From the NCBI GenBank assembly GCA_040285825.1, contig JAUPSS010000001.1:3224001-3288000 (forward strand): a DNA stretch of 64,000 nt, read 5' to 3'. The position numbers were made by a program, and so were the translations under genes. The notes under the pieces were generated by a model that saw only the letters and a program-made list of their open reading frames with translations, did not search any database and was not told where the DNA came from. Positions 59,711 through 64,000 of this stretch are shown here, piece after piece (positions within the stretch are counted from its first letter, which is position 1; every line of letters starts with the position of its first letter). Source of the DNA: Eukaryota sp. TZLM1-RC. Its lineage: Eukaryota > Protista > Metamonada: BaSk clade.

Positions 59711-60447
59711 CTACATTTCATGGTCACTAATGGGATGTTTGGGTTTTTCAAAGCAAGGTTGATCAGTACCGTGGCAAACCATTGGATCTTGCCAGAACTT
59801 GCAGTAGCTGCAGGGAGGACAGAAGTGCTTAGGAGTCCACTTGAGACACCAATCAGGAAGCTTGATGACCATTTTTTGATCAGTGTGAACAGGAGGTTTG
59901 CCATCTTCAAGATTGAGCTTCATTTCAAGATATTCAGTGTTCTTTGGATCAATTCTGATAATGCCCTTCCAATGACGTTGGAATCCAGGTCTAGAAAGCC
60001 ACATATGAACTTCATCCTTTTCAGAAATGGTGCCGGTAACTTTCCACCAGAAGCCCTGGGCCCACATGGTTCCATGGAAGGATCCCTTACCATCGGCAAA
60101 GATTTGAGCAGTAACAGGCCATTTACGAATTAATTGTCCCTTTTTAGGTCCAAATTCGTACTTATCACCAGACCATCCCCCATGACCAGTAAGAACATCA
60201 AAGCGACGATCAGACCAGGGGTATCTAGGGCAAATGGGTCTTCCATCACAAGGGATATCGAGGTGTTGGCATACAGGGGATCTTGCCAGACCTTTGCAGT
60301 AGGAATCTTCCCTAAAAAATTGGCAAAGTTCATCACCTTTCATTGGTCTTTCATGACCAGAATGAAGTTCAACTGCTAGAACAGCAACAGTAATTGTAAG
60401 GCTATGGTTAAATCAAATTCCATGGCATACAAGACAAGTAGCTTCAT
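59711..60447 (-). CDS. Secreted Cys/Trp-rich protein, copy 6 (small compensating indels near 60140 and 60275-60295)
   Basis: 210-aa frame with local changes (CKGLARSP, GPKKG) at homopolymers; patch TEYLEMKLNL. Confidence 0.78.
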
Positions 60448-61314
60448 CGTGATCCAGAGAAGTGGAGCTTTTGGTTAATGGCGTTTTTGTACTGTGCTGT
60501 AGTCTTACTGTAGTCTCTGTTTACAGTAGGATCGACTTTACAGTTGAGCTCTACTACGAGCTTTTGATTGGGCAAATTGTATGCTAGGTTTAAATTGTTT
60601 TACATGTTTTAACAGTTGTTTTCGGCTTTATTTGAGTTTTTGTGATTAACCACTCATTATGAATTCAACTTTAGTATTTTTAACTAAAATTGTTGTTGTT
60701 TTCTTTAGAATGGTCATTATTTGGTAGAATTGATCACGACTTGGTAATTTTTAGCAAGAATCTCTTGGTGTGTTTCAAAAGTTTTTTCTTGCCCCATCCA
60801 GTGTTTCAATGTTTTCTATTTCCAGGAAAAAGTAAACCTAATTTCGTGGAGAATGGTAACTATATTAAAGAAATGGTCAAGATCGACCAATAAGCGTGAT
60901 TTTACTGCAAGTTAAATGACATTTGTTTGAAACAGGAAATAAAAAAACCAAACATTAAGGACCCTTGCCAATGGAACTTTGTTGAAAACTGGGTTGGCGA
61001 TCAAACTACCCACAGCTACGTGACTCAATAATACATACCCTCAAACTCTTTTGATTAAGCTAATTACAACGTCCATTTGCAACCAAGAGCTACACTTTCA
61101 AGAAATGAGTGGATGCACTAACCTCCACAAACGTGAAGCACATGAATCAACTTTAATCACAGTCGTGCTTCAACAGCAAGGAGCACTTATTGCTACATAT
61201 AGTTTCTCAAAAGTTCCCTCATCATTGAAGCACTTTAGTACTTTTGTTCCCATTCACCCACTTTCATACATAAACAATCATTATTCACTCTTTTTATTCA
61301 AAATCATGCTCAGA

Positions 61315-62048
61315 CTACATTTCATGGTCACTAATGAGATGTTTGGGTTTTTCAAAGCAGGGTTGATCAGTACCGTGGCAAACCATGGGATCTTGCCAGA
61401 ACTTACAGTAGCTGCAGGGAGGACAGAAGTGCTTAGGAGTCCACTTGAGACACCAATCAGGAAGCTTGATGACCATTTTTTGATCAGTGTGAACAGGAGG
61501 TTTGCCATCTTCAAGATTGAGGTTCATTTCAAGATATTCAGTGTTCTTTGGATCAATTCTGATAATACCCTTCCAATGACGTTGGAATCCAGGTCTAGAA
61601 AGCCACATATGAACTTCATCCTTTTCAGAAATGGTGCCGGTAACTTTCCACCAGAAGCCCTGGGCCCACATGGTTCCATGGAAGGATCCCTTACCATCGG
61701 CAAAGATTTGAGCAGTAACAGGCCATTTACGAATTAATTGTCCTTTTGGTCCAAATTCGTACTTATCACCAGACCATCCCCCATGACCAGTAAGAACATC
61801 AAAACGACGATCAGACCAGGGGTATCTAGGGCAGATGGGTCTTCCATCACAAGGGATATCGAGGTGTTGGCATACAGGGGGATCTTGCCAGACCTTGCAG
61901 TAGGAATCTTCCCTAAAAAATTGGCAAAGTTCATCACCCTTCATTGGTCTTTCATGACCAGAATGAAGTTCAACTGCTAGAACAGCAACAGTAATTGTAA
62001 GGCTATGGTTAAATCAAATTCCATGGCATACAAGACAAGTAGCTTCAT
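61315..62048 (-). CDS. Secreted Cys/Trp-rich protein, copy 7
   Basis: Same structure; mosaic of a copy-3-type 3' part and a copy-4-type 5' part. Confidence 0.88.
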
Positions 62049-62910
62049 CGTGATCCAGAGAAGTGGAGATTTTTTGGTTTATGGCGTTTTTGTACTGTGC
62101 TGTAGTCTTACTGTAGTTTCTGTTTACAGTAGGATCGACTTTACAGTTGAGCTCTTCTACAAGCTTTTGATTGGGCAAATTGTCTGCATTGTTTCAATTG
62201 TTTTACATGTTTTAACAGTTGTTTTCGGCTTTATTTGAGTTTTTGTGATTGACCACTCGTTATTAATTCAACTTTAGTATTTTTAACTAAAATTGTTGTT
62301 TTTTTTGAATGGTCATTATTTGGTAGAATTGATCAAGAGTTGGTAATTATTAGCAAGATTCTCTTGGTGTGTTTCAAAAGTATTTTCCTTGCCTCATCCA
62401 GTGTTTCAATGTCTTTTATTTTTAGGAAAAAGTAAACCTAATTTCGTGGAAACTGGTAACTGTATTAAAGAAATCTTCAAGATCGACCAATAAGTGTGAT
62501 TTAACTGCAAGTTAAATGACATTTGTTTGAAACAGGAAATAAATAAACCAAACATTAAGGAGCCTTGCCAATGGAACTGTGTTGAATACTGGGTTGGTGA
62601 TCAAACCACCCAAAGCTACGTGATTTAATAATACATACACAAACTATTTGATTAAGCTTATTACAACCTCCATTTGCAACCAAGAGCTGCACTTTCAAGA
62701 AATGATTGGATGCAGTAACCTCCACAAACGTGAATACATGAACCAACTTGAATCACAGTCGTGTTTCAACAGCAAAGACCACTCTTTGCTAAAAATAGTT
62801 TCTCAAAAGTTCCCACATCATTGAAGCACTTTAGTATTTTTGTTCCCATTCACACACTATCATACATAAAAAATCATTATTCACTCTATTTATTCAAACT
62901 CTTGCTCACA

Positions 62911-63644
62911 CTACATTTCATGGTCACTAATGGGATGTTTGGGTTTTTCAAAGCAAGGTTGATCAGTACCGTGGCAAACCATTGGATCTTGCCAGAACTT
63001 GCAGTAGCTGCAGGGAGGACAGAAGTGCTTAGGAGTCCACTTGAGACACCAATCGGGAAGCTTGATGACCATTTTTTGATCAGTGTGAACAGGAGGTTTG
63101 CCATCTTCAAGATTGAGGTTCATTTCAAGATATTCAGTGTTCTTTGGATCAATTCTGATAATACCCTTCCAATGACGTTGGAATCCAGGTCTAGAAAGCC
63201 ACATATGAACTTCATCCTTTTCAGAAATGGTGCCGGTAACTTTCCACCAGAAGCCCTGGGCCCACATGGTTCCATGGAAGGATCCCTTACCATCGGCAAA
63301 GATTTGAGTAGTAACAGGCCATTTACGAATTAATTGTCCTTTTGGTCCAAATTCGTACTTATCACCAGACCATCCCCCATGACCAGTAAGAACATCAAAA
63401 CGACGATCAGACCAGGGGTATCTAGGGCAGATGGGTCTTCCATCACAAGGGATATCGAGGTGTTGGCATACAGGGGGATCTTGCCAGACCTTGCAGTAGG
63501 AATCTTCCCTAAAAAATTGGCAAAGTTCATCACCCTTCATTGGTCTTTCATGACCAGAATGAAGTTCAACTGCTAGAACAGCAACAGTAATTGTAAGGCT
63601 ATGGTTAAATCAAATTCCATGGCATACAAGACAAGTAGCTTCAT
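62911..63644 (-). CDS. Secreted Cys/Trp-rich protein, copy 8
   Basis: Same structure; A78T (ORF numbering). The upstream spacer diverges after ~63778. Confidence 0.88.
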
Positions 63645-63916
63645 CGTGATCCAGAGAAGTGGGGTTTTTTTGGTTAATGGCGTTTTTGTACTGTGCTGTA
63701 GTCTTACTGTAGTCTCTGTTTACAGTAGGATCGACTTTACAGTTGAGCTCTACTACGAGCTTTTGATTGGGCAAATTGTGGTGTATTTTCAATATGTCAA
63801 AAAGATTTTGCTGCTTTATTGGATTTTTTGTGATACACCACTCATTATGAAATGAATTTCAGTACTTTGAACAAAAATTGATGATTTCTTTTGTTGTTTT
63901 GTGACGTTCTTTATCG

Positions 63917-64000
63917 GTGAACAGGACGTATTTCGCAAGTGTAATAATAATATTGATTGGAATGAACAAACAGCGGGGAACAGGTTTGTGAGGAAACACT
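63917..64000. repeat. Duplicate of an internal part of the membrane-protein gene at 34625-35515; runs off the window end
   Basis: GTGAACAGGACGTATTTCGC...GAGGAAACACT is identical to 34986-35069 in the same orientation. Confidence 0.9.

Larger units (their letters stand above)
51675..63870 (-). repeat. Tandem array of eight ~1.6-kb gene units
   Basis: Stop codons at 51711, 53314, 54917, 56518, 58113, 59711, 61315 and 62911 (periods 1595-1604 bp). Genes are near identical; spacers are more diverged. Confidence 0.97.

Noticed and set aside
51702-63576. Recurrent plus-strand ORFs (143-228 aa and 80 aa) overlapping the array genes
   Set aside because: These are antisense shadows. Starts and lengths vary between units, and changes that are synonymous on the minus strand alter these frames.
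49097-63644. Diversity-generating retroelement (RT next to a variable gene array)
   Set aside because: The RT is a non-LTR RLE type with dispersed copies. There is no template/variable repeat pair, and patch changes include G>C and C>T, not only adenines.
1-64000. CRISPR arrays, rRNA, telomeric repeats, prokaryotic operons
   Set aside because: None seen; gene content and introns are eukaryotic.

Overview
This is AT-rich, gene-dense eukaryotic DNA from a flagellated protist (CFAP52, TSC2, tiny GT-AG introns). The lineage cannot be fixed from sequence alone, although the intron style recalls metamonads. Single-copy host genes are DHX37, a B-box/coiled-coil/TLDc gene, TSC2/tuberin, RAD52, CFAP52, HINT and two membrane proteins, plus two identical tRNA-Leu(TAA) genes. 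Spacers are filled with at least five families of CRE-like RT + restriction-like-endonuclease (RLE) non-LTR retrotransposons: one near-intact, the rest truncated, nested or inverted. There is also a dead pogo-type DDE transposase. A ~4.4 kb inverted duplication carries two membrane-anchored subtilisin-EGF-CUB-like proteases. The last 12 kb is a tandem array of eight ~1.6 kb units. Once a hidden 29-nt intron is removed, each unit encodes a 234-aa signal-peptide-bearing Cys/Trp-rich protein with two SYCKxWQDPxVC modules around a predicted beta-rich core. Its amino-acid variation is concentrated in one 8-codon patch. Other signals: 29-38 nt introns with a putative branch A fixed at -7, family-A elements nested twice in family-B 3' ends, and strong enrichment of the palindrome TGACGTCA inside host coding sequences. 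All alignments and counts were done by eye.
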